64,000 nt of DNA from positions 1-64,000 of the forward strand of contig OZ024757.1 in NCBI GenBank assembly GCA_964016885.1, in the 5' to 3' direction. The notes under the pieces were generated by a model, which made no database searches, was not told the origin of the DNA, and saw nothing but the letters and a program-made list of their open reading frames with translations. The number at the start of each line of letters is the position of its first letter. Positions within the stretch are counted from its first letter, which is position 1. Below, piece after piece: positions 48,401 to 63,400 of this stretch. Made by a program: the position numbers and the translations under genes. The stretch comes from Eledone cirrhosa (Eukaryota).

Positions 48401-51400
48401 CAAGGGTGAGATAGTGACATTGGGGTGAAGACAGTAGCTACTAGAGTGAGATAGTGACATTAGGGTGAAGACAGTAGCTACTAGGGTTCAATAGTGACAT
48501 GGGGGTGAAGACACTAGCTACTAGGGTGAGATAGTTTCATTAGGGTGAAGACAGTAGCTACTAGGGTGAGGTAGTGACATTGGAGTAAAGTCAGTAGCTA
48601 CGAGGGTGACATATTGATATTGGGGTGAAGACAGTACCTACTAGGGTGAGGTAGTGACAATAGGGCGAAGACGGTAGCTACTAGGGTGAGATAGTGACAT
48701 TGGGGTGAAGAGAGTAGCTACTAGGGTGAGATAGTAACATCGGGTTAAAGACAGTAGCTACTAGCGTGAGATAGTGACATTGGGGTGAAGACAGTAGCTA
48801 CTAGGGTGAGATAGTGATATTGGGGTGAAGAGTGTAGCTACTAGGGTGAGATAGTGACATTAGGGTGGGGACAATAGTTACTAGGATGAGATAGGGACAT
48901 TGGGGTGAAGACAAAAGCTACTAAGGTGACATAGTGATATTAGGGTGGAGACAATAGCTACTAGGGTGAGATAGTGACAGTGGGGTAAAGACAGTAGGTA
49001 CTAGAGTGAGATAGTGACATTGGGTTGAAGACAGTAGCTACTAGGATGAGATAGTAACATTAGGGTGAAGAAAGTAGCTACTAGGGTGAGATAGTGACAT
49101 TGGGGTGAAGACAGTAGCTACTAGAGTGAGATAGTGACATTAGGGTGAAGACAGTAGCTACTAGGGTGAGATAGTGACATTGGTGTGAAGACAGTAGCTA
49201 CTAGGGTGAGATAGTGACATTGGGGTGAAGACAGTACCTACTAGGGTGAGGTAGTGACAATAGGGCGAAGACAGTAGCTACTAGCGTGAGATAGTGACAT
49301 TGGGGTGAAGACAGTAGCAACTAGGGTTCAATAGTGACATGGGGGTGAAGACAGTAGCTACTAGGGTGAGATAGTGTCATTAGGGTGAAGACAGTAGCTA
49401 CTAGGGTGAGGTTGTGACATTAGGGCGAAGACGGTAGCTACTAGGGTGAGATAGTGACATTGGAGTAAAGACAGTAGCTACGAGGGTGAGATAGTGATAT
49501 TGGGGTGAAGACAGTACCTACTAGGGTGAGGTAGTGACAATAGGGCGAAGACGGTAGCTACTAGGGTGAGATAGTGACATTGGTGTGAAGAGAGTAGCTA
49601 CTAGGGTGAGATAGTGACATGGGGGTGAAGACAGTAGCGACTAGGGTGAGATAGTGTCATTAGGGTGAAGACAGTAGCTACTAGGGTGAGGTTGTGACAT
49701 TAGGGCGAAGACAGTAGCTACTAGGGTGAGATAGTGACATTGGGGTGAAGAGAGTAGCTACTAGGGTGAGATAGTGACATTGGGGTGAAGACAGGAGCTA
49801 CTAGGGTGAGATAGTGTCATTAGGGTGAAGACGGTAGCTACTAGGGTGAGATAGTGACATTGGTGTGAAGAGAGTAGCTACTAGGGTGAGATAGTGACAT
49901 GGGGGTGAAGACAGTAGCGACTAGGGTGAGATAGTGTCATTAGGGTGAAGACAGTAGCTACTAGGGTGAGGTTGTGACATTAGGGCGAAGACAGTAGCTA
50001 CTAGGGTGAGATAGTGACATTGGGGTGAAGAGAGTAGCTACTAGGGTGAGATAGTGACATTGGGGTGAAGACAGGAGCTACTAGGGTGAGATAGTGACAT
50101 TAGGGTGGAGACAATAGCTACTAGGGTGAGATAGTGACATGGGGTGAAGACAGTAGCTACTAGAGTGAGATAGTGACATTGGGGTGAAGACAGTAGATAC
50201 TAGGGTGAGAGAGTGACATTAGGGTGAAGACAGTAGCTACTAGGGTGAGATAGTGACATTGGGGGGGGGGGGAGACAGTAGCTACTAAGGTGAGATAGTG
50301 ATATTGGGGTGCAGATAGTAGCTACTAGGGTCAGATAGTGACATTGGGGTAAAGACAGTAGCTAATAGGGTGAGATAGTGACATTAGGGTGAAGACAGTA
50401 GCTACTAGGGTGAGATAGTGACATTGGGGTAAAGACAGTAGCTAATAGGGTGAGATAGTGACATTGGGGGGGGGGGGGGAGACAGTAGCTACTAAGGTGA
50501 AATAGTGATATTGGGGTGAAGACAGTAGCTACAAGGGTGAGATAGTGAAATTGGGGTGAAGACAGTAGCTACTAGGGTTCAATAGTGACATTGGGGTAAA
50601 GACAGTAGCTACTAGGGTGAGATAGTGACATTGGGCTGAAGACAGTAGCTACTAGGGTGATATAGTGACATTAGGGTGAAGACAGTAGCTACTAGGGTGA
50701 GATAGTGACATTGGGGTAAATACAGTAGCTAATAGGGTGAGATAGTGACATTGGGGGGAAGACAGTAGCTACTAGGGTGAGATACTGATATTGGGGTGAA
50801 GACAGTAGCTACTAGGGTGAGATAGTGACATTGGGGTGAAGACAGTAGCTACTAGGGTGAAATAGTGAAATTGGCGTGAAGACAGTTGCTACTAGAGTGA
50901 GATAGTGACATTGGGTTGAAGACAGTAGCTACTAGGATGAGATAGTAACATTAGGGTGAAGAAAGTAGCTACTAGGGTGAGATAGTGACATTGGGGTGAA
51001 GACAGGAGCTACTAGGGTGAGATAGTGACATTAGGGTGGAGACAATAGCTACTAGGGTGAGATAGTGACATGGGGTGAAGACAGTAGCTACTAGAGTGAG
51101 ATAGTGACATTGGGGTGAAGACAGTAGATACTAGGGTGAGAGAGTGACATTAGGGTGAAGACAGTAGCTACTAGGGTGAGATAGTGACATTGGGGGGGGG
51201 GGGGGGGAGACATTAGCTACTAAGGTGAGATAGTGATATTGGGGTGCAGATAGTAGCTACTAGGGTCAGATAGTGACATTGGGGTAAAGACAGTAGCTAA
51301 TAGGGTGAGATAGTGACATTAGGGTGAAGACAGTAGCTACTAGGGTGAGATAGTGACATTGGGGTAAAGACAGTAGCTAATAGGGTGAGATAGTGACATT

Positions 51401-54400
51401 GGGGGGTGGGAGACAGTAGCTACTAAGGTGAAATAGTGATATTGGGGTGAAGACAGTAGCTACAAGGGTGAGATAGTGAAATTGGGGTGAAGACAGTAGC
51501 TACTAGGGTTCAATAGTGACATTGGGGTAAAGACAGTAGCTACTAGGGTGAGATAGTGACATTGGGCTGAAGACAGTAGCTACTAGGGTGATATAGTGAC
51601 ATTAGGGTGAAGACAGTAGCTACTAGGGTGAGATAGTGACATTGGGGTAAATACAGTAGCTAATAGGGTGAGATAGTGACATTGGGGGGAAGACAGTAGC
51701 TACTAGGGTGAGATACTGATATTGGGGTGAAGACAGTAGCTACTAGGGTGAGATAGTGACATTGGGGTGAAGACAGTAGCTACTAGGGTGAAATAGTGAA
51801 ATTGGCGTGAAGACAGTTGCTACTAGAGTGAGATAGTGACATTGGGGTGAAGACAGGAGCTACTAGGGTGAGATAGTGACATTAGGGTGGAGACAATAGT
51901 TACTAGGGTGAGATAGTGAGATTGGGGTGAAGAGAAATGCTACTAAGGTGACATAGTGACATTTCGGTGAAGACAGTAGCTACTAGGGTGAGATAGTGAT
52001 ATTAGGGTGGAGACAATAGCTACTAGGGTGAGATAGTGACAGTGGGGTAAAGACAGTAGGTACTAGAGTGAGATAGTGACATTGGGTTGAAGACAGTAGC
52101 TACTAGGATGAGATAGTAACATTAGGGTGAAGAAAGTAGCTACTAGGGTGAGATAGTGACATTGGGGTGAAGAGAGTAGCTACTAGAGTGAGATAGTGAC
52201 ATTAGGGTGAAGACAGTAGCTACTAGGGTGAGATAGTGACATTGGTGTGAAGACAGTAGCTACTAGGGTGAGATAGTGACATTGGGTTAAAGACAGTAGC
52301 TACTAGCGTGAGATAGTGACATTGGGGTGAAGACAGTAGCTACTAGGGTTCAATAGTGACATGGGGTGAAGACAGTAGCTACTAGGGTGAGATAGTGACA
52401 TTGGGCTGAAGACAGTAGCTACTAGGGTGATATAGTGACATTAGGGTGAAGACAGTAGCTACTAGGGTGAGATATTGTCATTAGGGTGAAGACAGTAGCT
52501 ACTAGGGTGGGGTAGTGACATTGGAGTAAAGACAGTAGCTACTACGGTGAGATAGTGACATTGGGGTGAAGACAGTACCTACTAGGTTGAGGTAGTGACA
52601 TTAGGGCGAAGACAGTAGCTACTAGGATGAGATAGTAACATTAGGGTGAAGACAGTAGCTACTAGGGTGAGGTAGTGACATTGGGGTACAGACAGTATCT
52701 ACTAGGGTGAGTTAGTGACATTGGGGTGAAGGCAGTAGCTACTAGGGTGAGATAGTGACATTGGGGTGAAGACAGTAGCTACTAAGGTGACATAGTGACA
52801 TTACGGTGAAGACAGTAGCTACTAGGGTGAGATAGTGATATTAGGGTGGAGACAATAGCTACTAGGGTGAGATAGTGACAGTGGGGTAAAGACAGTAGGT
52901 ACTAGAGTGAGATAGTGACATTGCGTTGAAGACAGTAGCTACTAGGATGAGATAGTAATATTAGGGTGAAGAAAGTAGCTACTAGGGTGAGATAGTAACA
53001 TTGGGGTGAAGACAGTAGCTACTAGGGTGAGATAGTGACATTGGGGTGAAGAAAGTAGCTACTAGGGTGAGATAGTGACATTGGGGTGAAGACAGTAGCT
53101 ACTAGGGTGAGTTAGTGACATTGGGGTGAAGACAGTAGCTACTAGGGTGAGATAGTGACATTAGGGCGAAGACAGTAGCTACTAGGGTGAGATAGTAACA
53201 TTGGGGTGAAGACAGTAGCTACTAGGGTGAGATAGTGACATTGGGGTACAGACAGTAGTTACTAGAGTGAGTTAGTGACATTGGGGTGAAGACAGTAGCT
53301 ACTAGGGTGAGATAGTGACTTTGGGGTGAAGACAGGACCTACTAGGGTGAGATAGTGACATTAGGGTAGAGACAATAGCTACTAGGGTGAGATAGTGACA
53401 TGGGGTGAAGACAGTAGCTACTAGGGTGAGATAGTGACATTAGGGTAAAGACAGTATTTACAAGGGTGAGATAGTGACATTGGGCTAAACACAGTTGCTA
53501 CTAGGGTGAAGACAGTAGCTACTTGGGCGAGATAGTGTCGTTGGGGTGTAGACAATAGCTATAAGAGGGAGTTAGTGACATTAGGTTGAAGACCGTATCT
53601 ACTAGTGTGAGATAGTGACATTGGGGTGAAGACAGTATTACTAGGGTGAGATAGTGACATTGGGGTGAATGCAGTAGCTACAAGGGTGAGATAGTGAAAT
53701 TGGGGTAAAGACAGTAGCTACTAGGGTGAGATAGTGACATTGGGGTGAAGGCAGTAGCTACTTGGGTGAGATAGTGACATTGGGGTGAAGACAGTAGTTA
53801 CTAGGGTGAGATAGTGACATTGGGGTGACGACACTAACTACTAGGGTGAGATAGTGACATTGGGGTGGAGACAATGGCTACTAGGGTGAAGACAGTAGCT
53901 CCTAGGGGGAGATAGTGACAATGGGGAGGCGACAGTAGCTACTAGGGTGAGATAGTGACATTGGAGTGAAGGCAGTAGCTACTAGGGTGAGATAGTAACA
54001 TTGGTCTCAAGAGAGTAGCTATTTGGGTGAGATAGTGACATTGGGGTGAAGGCAGTAGCTACTACAATGAGATAGTGACATTGGGGTAAAGACAGTAGCT
54101 ACTAGGGTGAGATAGTGACATTAGGGTGAAGACAGTAGCTACTAGGGTGAGATAGTGACATTCGGGTAAAGACAGTAGCTACTAGGGTGAGATAGTGACA
54201 TTGGAATGAAGACAGTAGCTACTAGGGGGAGATAGTGGCAATGGGGAGGCGATAGTTGCTACTAGGGTGAGATAGTGACATTGGAGTGAAGACAATAGCT
54301 ACTAGGGCAAGATAGTTTCATTAGTGTGAAGACAGTAGCTACTAGGGTGAGGTATTGTCATTGGGGTGATTGCAGTGGCTACTAGGGTGATATAGTGACG

Positions 54401-57400
54401 TTAGGGTGAAGACAGTAGCTACTAGGGTGAGGTAGTGATATTGAGTGGAGACAATAGCTTCTAAAGTGAGACAATGACATTAGAGTGAAGACAGTACCTA
54501 CTAGGGTGAGATAGTGACATTGGAGTGACGACAGTAGCTACTAAGGTGAGATAGTGACATTGGGGTACAGACAGTAGCTACTAGGGTGAGATAGTGACAT
54601 TGGGGTGACGACAGGAGCTACTAGGGTGAGATAGTGACAATCGGGTGGAGACAATAGCTACTAGGGTGTGATAGTGACATTGGGGAGGAGACAGTAGCTA
54701 CTATGGGGTGATAGTAACATTGGGGTGAAGACTGTAGCTAATAGAGTGAGATAGAGAAATTGGTGTCAAGACAGTAGCTACTAGGGTGAGATAGTGACAT
54801 TGGGATGAAGACAGTAGCTACTAGGGGGAGGTAGTGACATTGGGGAGGCGATAGTTGATAATAGGGTGAGATAGTGACATTGGAGTGAAGACAATAACTA
54901 CTAGGGCAAGATAGTGACATTGGGGTGAAGATAGTAGCTACTAGGGTGAGGTAGTGATATTGGGTGGAGAGAATAGATTCTAGGGTGAGACAGTGACATT
55001 GGAGTGACGACAGTAGCTACTAAGGCGAGATAGAGACATTGGGGTACAGACAGTAGCTACTAGGGTGAGATAGTGACATTGGGGTGAAGACAGGAGCTAC
55101 TAGGGTGAGATAGTGACAATAGGGTGGAGACAATAGCTACTAGGTTGTGATAGTGACATTGGGGTAAAGACAGTAGCTACTAGGGTGAGATAGTGACATT
55201 GGGGTGAAGACAGTAGCTACTTGGGTGAGATAGTGATATTGGGGTTAAGACAGTAGCTACTAGGGTGAGATAGTGACATTGGGGTGAAGAGAGTAGCTAC
55301 TAGGGTGAGATAGTGACATTGGGGTAAAGACACTAGCTACTAGGGTGAGATAGTGACATTGGAATGGAGACAGTAGCTACTAGTGTGCGATAGTGACATT
55401 GGGGTAGAGACTGTAGCTACTAGGGTGAGATAGTGAGATTGGGGTGAAGGCAGTAGCTACTAGGGTGAGATAGTGACATTGGGGTGAAGGCAGTAGATAC
55501 TTGGGTGAGATAGTGACATTAGAGCAAAGACAGTAGCTACTAGGGTGAGTTAGAGAAATTGGGGTCAAGACAGTAGCTACTAGGGTGAAATAGTGACATT
55601 AGGTTGAAGTCAGTAGCTACTAGGGTGAGTAGTGACATTGGGGTAAAGAGAGTAGCTACTAGGAAGATAGTGACATTGGTGTGAAGACAGTAGCTACAAG
55701 GGTGAGATAGTGACATTGGAGTGAAGACAGTAGCTACTAGGGTGAGATAATGACATTAGCGTAAAGACAGTAGCCACTAGGGTGAGATAGTGACATTGGG
55801 GTGAAGACAGTAGCTATGTGGGTGAGATAGTGACATTGGGGTGAAGACAGTAGCTACTAGAGTGAGATAGTGACATTGGGGTAAAGACAGTAGCTACTAG
55901 GGTGAGATAGTGACATTGGGGTAAAGATAGTAGCTACTAGAGTGAGATAGTGACATTGGGGTGAAGACAGTAGCTACGCGGGTGAGGTAGTGACATTGGG
56001 GTAAAGATAGTAGCTACTAGAGTGAGATAGTGACATAGGGAGGAAGACAGTAGCTACCAGGGTGAGATAGTGACATTGGGGTGCAGACAGTAGCTACTAG
56101 GGTGAGGTAGTGACATTGGGGTGATGACAGTAGCTACTAGGGTGAGATAGTGACATTAGGGTGAAGACAGTAGCTACTAGGGTGAGGTAGTGATATTGGG
56201 TGGAGACAGTAGCTACTAGGGTGAGATTGTGACTTTGGGGTGAAGACAGGTGCTACTAGGGTGAGATAGTGACAATGGGGTGGCGACAATAGCTACTAGG
56301 GTGTGATAGTGACATTGGGGTAAAGACAGTAGCTACTAGGGTGAGATAGTGACATTGGGGTGAAGGCAGTAGCTACTTGGGTGAGATAGTGATATTGGGG
56401 TGAAGACAGTAGCTACTAGGGTGAGATAGTGAAATTGGGGTGAAGGCAGTAGCTATTTGGAGAGATAGTTACATTCAGGTGAAGACAGTAGCTACTAGGG
56501 TGAGGTAGTGACATTGGGGTTGAGACACTAACTACTAGGGTGAGATAGTGACATTGGGGTGGAGACAATGGCTACTAGGGTGAAGACAGTAGCTCCTAGG
56601 GGGAGATAGTGACAATGGGGAGGCGACAGTAGCTACTAGGGTGAGATAGTGACGTTAGCGTAAAGACAGTAGCTACTAGGGTGAGATAGTAACATTGGGG
56701 TGAAGACAGCATCTACTAGGGTGACATAGTGACATTGGGGTCAAGACAGTAGCTATTTGGGTGAGATAGTGACATTGGGGTGAAGGCCGTAGCTACTAGA
56801 GTGAGATAGTGACATTCGGGTGAAGACAGTAGCTACTAGGGTGAGATAGTGACATTGGGGTAAAGACAGTAGCTACTAGGGTGAGATAATGACATTGGAA
56901 TGAAGACAGTAGCTACTAGGGGGAGATAGTGACATTGGGGAGGCGATAGTAGCTACTAGGGGGAGATAGTGACATTGGGGAGGCGATAGTAGCTACTAGG
57001 GTGAAGACAGAAGCTACTAGGGGGAGATAGTGGCAATGGGGAGGCGATAGTTGCTACTAGGGTGAGATAGTGACATTGGAGTGAAGACAGTAGCTACTAG
57101 GGTGAGGTATTGACATTGGGGTGATTACAGTAGCTACTAGGGTGATATAGTGACGTTAGGGTGAAGACAGTAGCTACTAGGGTGAGGTAGTGATATTGGG
57201 TGGAGACAATAGCTTCTAAGGTGAGACAGTGACATTAGAGTGAAGACAGTACCTACTAGGGTGAGATAGTGACATTGGGGTGGAGACAATAGCTACTAGG
57301 GTGAGACAGTGACATTGGAGTGACGACAGTAGCTACTAAGGTGAGATAGTGACATTCGGGTACAGACAGTAGCTACTAGGGTGAGATAGTGACATTGGGG

Positions 57401-60400
57401 TGAAGACAGCAGCTACTAGGGTGAGATAGTGACATTGGGATGACGATAGTAGCTACTAGGGTGAGATATTGATATTGGGGTGAAGACAGTAGCTACTAGG
57501 GTGAGATAGTGACATTGGGGTGAAGGCAGTAGCTATTTGGAGAGATAGCGAAATTAGGGTGACGACAGTAGCTCCTAGGGGGAGATAGTGACAATGGGGA
57601 GGCGACAGTAGCTACTAGGGTGAGATAGTGACATTGGAGTAAAGACAGTAGCTACTAGGGTGAGATAGTGACATTGGAGTGAAGACAGTAGCTACTAGGA
57701 AGATAGTGACATTGGGGTGAAGACAGTAGCTACTAGGAAGATAGTGACATTGGAGTGAAGACAGTAGCTACTAGGAAGATAGTGACATTGGAGTGAAGAC
57801 AGTAGCTACTAGGAAGATAGTGACATTGGGGTGAAGACAGTAGCTACTAGGAAGATAGTGACATTGGGGTGAAGACAGTAGCTACTAGGAAGATAGTGAC
57901 ATTGGAGTGAAGACAGTAGCTACTAGGAAGATAGTGACATTGGAGTGAAGACAGTAGCTACTAGGAAGATAGTGACATTGGGGTGAAGACAGTAGCTACT
58001 AGGAAGATAGTGACATTCAAGTGAAGACAGTAGCTACTAGGAAGATAGTGACATTGGAGTAAAGGCAGTAGCTACTAGGGTGAGATAGTGACGTTAGCGT
58101 AAAGACAGTAGCTACTAGGGTGAGATAGTAACATTGGGGTGAAGACAGCAGCTACTAGGGTGACATAGTGACATTGGGGTCAAGACAGTAGCTATTTGGG
58201 TGAGATAGTGACATTGGGGTGAAGGCCGTAGCTACTAGAGTGAGATAGTGACATTAGGGTGAAGACAGTAGCTACTAGGGTGAGATAGTGACATTGGGGT
58301 AAAGACAGTAGCTACTAGGGTGAGATAGTGACATTGGAAAGAAGACAGTAGCTACTAGGGGGAGATAGTGACATTGGGGAGGCGATAGTAGCTACTAGGG
58401 TGAAGACAGAAGCTACTAGGGGGAGATAGTGGCAATGGGGAGGCGATAGTTGCTACTAGGGTGAGATAGTGACATTGGAGTGAAGACAATAGCTACTAGG
58501 GCAAGATAGTGACATTAGTGTGAAGACAGTAGCTACTAGGGTGAGGTATTGACATTGGTGTGACTACAGTAGCTACTAGGGTGATATAGTGACGTTAGGG
58601 TGAAGACAGTAGCTAATAGGGTGAGGTAGTGATATTGGGTGGAGACAATAGCTTCTAAGGTGAGACACTGACATTAGAGTGAAGACAGTACCTACTAGGG
58701 TGAGATAGTGACATTGGGGTGGAGACAATAGCTACTAGGGTGAGACAGTGACATTGGAGTGACGACAGTAGCTACTAAGGTGAGATAGTGACATTCGGGT
58801 ACAGACAGTAGCTACTAGGGTGAGATAGTGACATTGGGGTGAAGACAGCAGCTACTAGGGTGAGATAGTGATACTGTGGTGGAGACAGTAGCTACGAGGG
58901 TCAGATAGTGACATTAGGGTGAAGACAGTAACTACTAGGGTGAGATAGTGACATTGGGGTGAAGACAGTAGCTACTAGGGTGAGACAGTTACATTGGAGT
59001 GACGACAGTAGCTACTAAGGTGAGATAGTGACATTGGGGTGAAGACAGGGGCTACTAGGGTGAGATAGTAACAATAGGGTGGAGACAATAGCTACTAGGG
59101 TGTGATAGTGACATTGGGGTAAAGACAGTAGCTACTAGGGTGAGATAGTGACATTGGGGTGAAGGCAGTAGCTACTTGGGTGAGATAGTGATATTGGGGT
59201 GAAGACAGTAGCTACTAGGATGAGATAGTAAAATTGGGGTGAAGACAGTAGCTATTTGGAGAGATAGTGACATTGGGGTGAAGACAGCAGCTACTAGGGT
59301 GAGATAGTGATATTGGGGTGACGATAGTAGTTACTAGGGTGAGTTAGTGACATTGGGGTGAAGACAGTAGTTACACGGGTGAGATAGTGACATTGGGGTA
59401 AAGACAATAGCTACTAGGGTGAGATATTGACATTGGGGTGAAGGCAGTATCGACTAGGGTGAGATAGTGACATTGGGGTGTAGACAGTAGCTACCAGGGT
59501 GAGATAGTGACACTGGGAAGGCGACAGTAGCTACTAGGGTGAGATAGTGACATTGGGGTGAAGACAATAGCTACTAGGGTGAGATAGTGACATTGGGGTG
59601 AAGACAGTAGCTACTATGGTGAGATAGTGAAATTGGGGTGGAGACAGTAGCTACTAGGGTGAGATAGTGACATTGGGGAGGAGACAGTAGCTACTAGTGT
59701 GCGATAGTGACATTGGGGTTGAGACAGTAGATACTAGGGGGAGATAGTGAGATTGGGGTAAAGACTGTAGCTACTAGAGTGACATAGTGACATTGGGGTC
59801 AAGGCAGTAGCTACTAGGGTGAGATAGTGACATTGGGGTGAAGGCAGTAGCTACTTGGGTGAGATAGTGCCGTTGGGGTGAAGACTGTAGCTACTAGGGT
59901 GAGATAGAGAAATTTGGGTCAAGACAGTAACTACTAGGGTGAGATAGTGACATTAGGGTGAAGTCAGTAGCTACTAGGATGAGCTAGTGACATTGGGGTA
60001 AAGAGAGTCGCTACTAGGGTGAGGTAGTGACATTGGGGTGAAGAGAGTAGCTACTAGGGTGAGATAGTGACATTGGGGTGGAGACAGTAACTACTAGGGT
60101 GAGATAGTGACATTGGGGTGAAGGCAGTAGCTACTTGGGTGAGATAGTGACATTGGGGTGAAGACAGTAACTACTAGGGTGAGATAGTTACATTGGGGTG
60201 AAGGCAGTAGCTACTAGGGTGAGATAGAGAAATTGGGGTGAAGATAGTAGCTACTAGGGTGGGATAGTGACATTGGAGTGAAGACAGTAGCTACTAGGGT
60301 GAGATAGTGACATTGGGGTAAAGACAGTAGCTACTAGGGTGAGATAGTTACATTGGGGTGAAGGCAGTAGCTACTAGGGTGAGATAGAGAAATTGGGGTC

Positions 60401-63400
60401 AAGACAGTAGCTACTAGGGTGAAATAGTGAAGTTGGGGTGAAGATAGTAGCTACTAGTGTGGGATAATGACATTGGAGTGAAGACAGTAGCTACTAGGGT
60501 GAGATAGTGACATTGGTGTAAAGACTGTAGCTACTAGGGTGAGATAGTGACATCGGGGTGAAGACAGTAACTACTAGAGGGAGTTAGTGACATTAGGGTG
60601 AAGACACTAGTTACTAGGGAGAGATAGTGACATTGGGGAGGAGACAGTAGCTACTAGGGGGTGATAGTGACATTGGGGTGAAGACTATAGCTACTAGGGT
60701 GAGATAGTGACATTGGGGTGAAGACAATAGCTACTAGAGGGAGTTAGTGACATTAGGGTGAAGACAGTAGCTACTAGGGTAATGCAGTGACATTGTGGTG
60801 GAGCCAATAGGTATTAGAGTGAGATAGTGACATTGGGGTGAACTCAGTAGCTACTATGGTGTGCTAGGGCCATTGGGGTACAGACAGTAGCTACTAGGGG
60901 GAGATAGTGACATTGCGGAGGCGACAGTAGCTACTAGGGTGAGATAGTGAGATTGGGGTGAAGACATTAGCTACTAGGGTGAGATAGTGATACTGTGGTG
61001 GAGACAGTAGCTACTAGGGTGAGATAGTGAAATTGGGGTGAAGACAGTAGCTACTAGGGTGAGATAGTGATATTGGTGTGACGATAGTAGTTACTAGGGT
61101 GAGATAGTGACATTGGGGTGAAGACAGCAGCTACTAGGGTGAGATAGTGATATTGGTGTGACGATAGTAGTTACTAGGGTGAGATAGTGACATTGGGGTG
61201 AAGACAGTAGTTACTAGGGTGAGATAGTGATATTGGTGTGACGATAGTAGTTACTAGGGTGAGATAGTGACAATGGGGTGAAGATAGTAGTTACTAGGGT
61301 GAGATAGTGACATTGGGGTGAAGACAGTAGTTACACGGGTGAGATAGTGACATTGGGGTAAAGACAGTAGCTACTAGGGTGAGCTAGTGACATTGGGGTG
61401 AAGACATTAGCTACTAGGGTGAGATAGTGACATTGGGGTGTAGACAGTAGCTACTAGGGTGAGATAGTGACATTGGGGTGAAGACAGTAGCTACTAGGGT
61501 GAGATAGTGACATTGGGGTGAAGACATTAGCTACTAGGGTGAGATAGTGAAATTGGGGTGGAGACAGTAGCTACTAGGGTGAGATAGAGACATTGGGATG
61601 GAGACAGTAGCTACTAGTGTGCGATAGTGACATTGGGGTGGTGACAGTAGCTACTAGGGGGAGATAGTGAGATTGGGGTAAAGACTGTAGCTACTAGAGT
61701 GACATAGTGACATTGGGGTGAAGGCAGTAGCTACTAGGGTGAGATAGTGATACTGTGGTGGTGACAGTAGCTACTAGGGTGAGATAGTGAAATTGGGGTG
61801 GAGACAATGGCTACTAGGGTGAAGACAGTAGCTCCTAGGGGGAGATAGTGACAATGGGGAGGCGACAGTAGCTACTAGGGTGAGATAGTGACATTAGGGT
61901 GGAGACAGTAACTACTAGGGTGAGATAGTGACATTGGGGTGAAGGCAGTAGCTACTTGGGTGAGACAGTGACATTGGGGTGAAGACAGTAGCTAATAGGG
62001 TGAGATAGAGAAATTGGGCACAAGACAGTAGCTACTAGGGTGAGATAGTGAAATTGGGGTGAAGATAGTAGCAACTAGGGTGGGACAGTGACATTGGAGT
62101 GAAGACAGTAGCTACTAGGGTGAGATAGTGATACTGTGGTGGTGACAGTAGCTACTAGGGTGAGATAGTGAAATTGGGGTGAAGACAGTAGCTATTTGGA
62201 GAGATAGTGACATTGGGGTGAAGACAGCAGCTACTAGGGTGAGATAGTGACATTGGAGTGAAGACCGTAGCTACTAGGAAGATAGTGACATTGGTGTGAA
62301 GACAGTAGCTACAAGGGTGAGATAGTGACATTGGGGTGAAGACAGTAGCTACTATGGCGAGATAGTGTCATTAGGGTGAAGACAGTAGCTACAAGGGTGA
62401 GATAGTGACATTAGGGTGGAGACAGTAACTACTAGGGTGAGATAGTGACATTGGGGTGAAGGCAGTAGCTACTTGGGTGAGATAGTGACATTGGGGTGAA
62501 GACAGTAGCTAATAGGGTGAGATAGAGACATTGGGCACAAGACAGTAGCTACTAGGGTGAGATAGTGAAATTGGGGTGAAGATAGTAGCAACTAGGGTGG
62601 GATAGTGACATTGGAGTGAAGACAGTAGCTACTAGGGTGAGATAGTGACATTGGGGTAAAGACAGTAGCTACTAGGGTGAGATAGTGACATTGGGGTGAA
62701 GGCAGTAGCCACTAGGGTGAGATAGAGAAATTGGGGTCAAGACAGTAGCTACTAGGGTGAGATAGTGAAATTGGGGTGAAGATAGTAGCTACTAGGGTGG
62801 GATAATGACATTGGAGTGAAGACAGTAGCTACTAGGGTGAGATAGTGACATTGGGGTAAAGACAGTAGCTACTAGGGTGAGATAGTGACATTGGGGTGAA
62901 GACAGTAACTACTAGGGGGAGATAGTGACATTCGGGTGAAGATAGTAGCTACTTGGGCGAGATAGTGTCCTTGGGGTGAAGACAATAGCTACTAGAGGGA
63001 GTTAGTGACATTAGGGTGAAGACAGTAGCTACTAGGGTGATGCAGTGACATTGTGGTGGAGCCAATAGTTATTAGAGTGAGATAGTGATATTGAAGTGGA
63101 AACAGTAACTACTAGAGTCAGAGAGTGACATTGGGATGAAGACATTAGCTACGAGGGGGAGATAGTGACATTGGGGAGGCGACAGTAGCTACTAGGGTGA
63201 GATAGTGACATTGGGGTGAAGACAGTAGCTACTAGGGTGAGATAGTGACATTGGAGTGAAGACATTAGCTACTAGGGTGAGATAGTGACATTGGGGTGAA
63301 GGCAGTAGCTTCCTGGGTGAGGTAGTGATATTGGGGTGGAGACAATAGCCACTAGGGGGAGACAGTGACATTGGAGTGAAGACAGTAGCTACTAGGTTGA

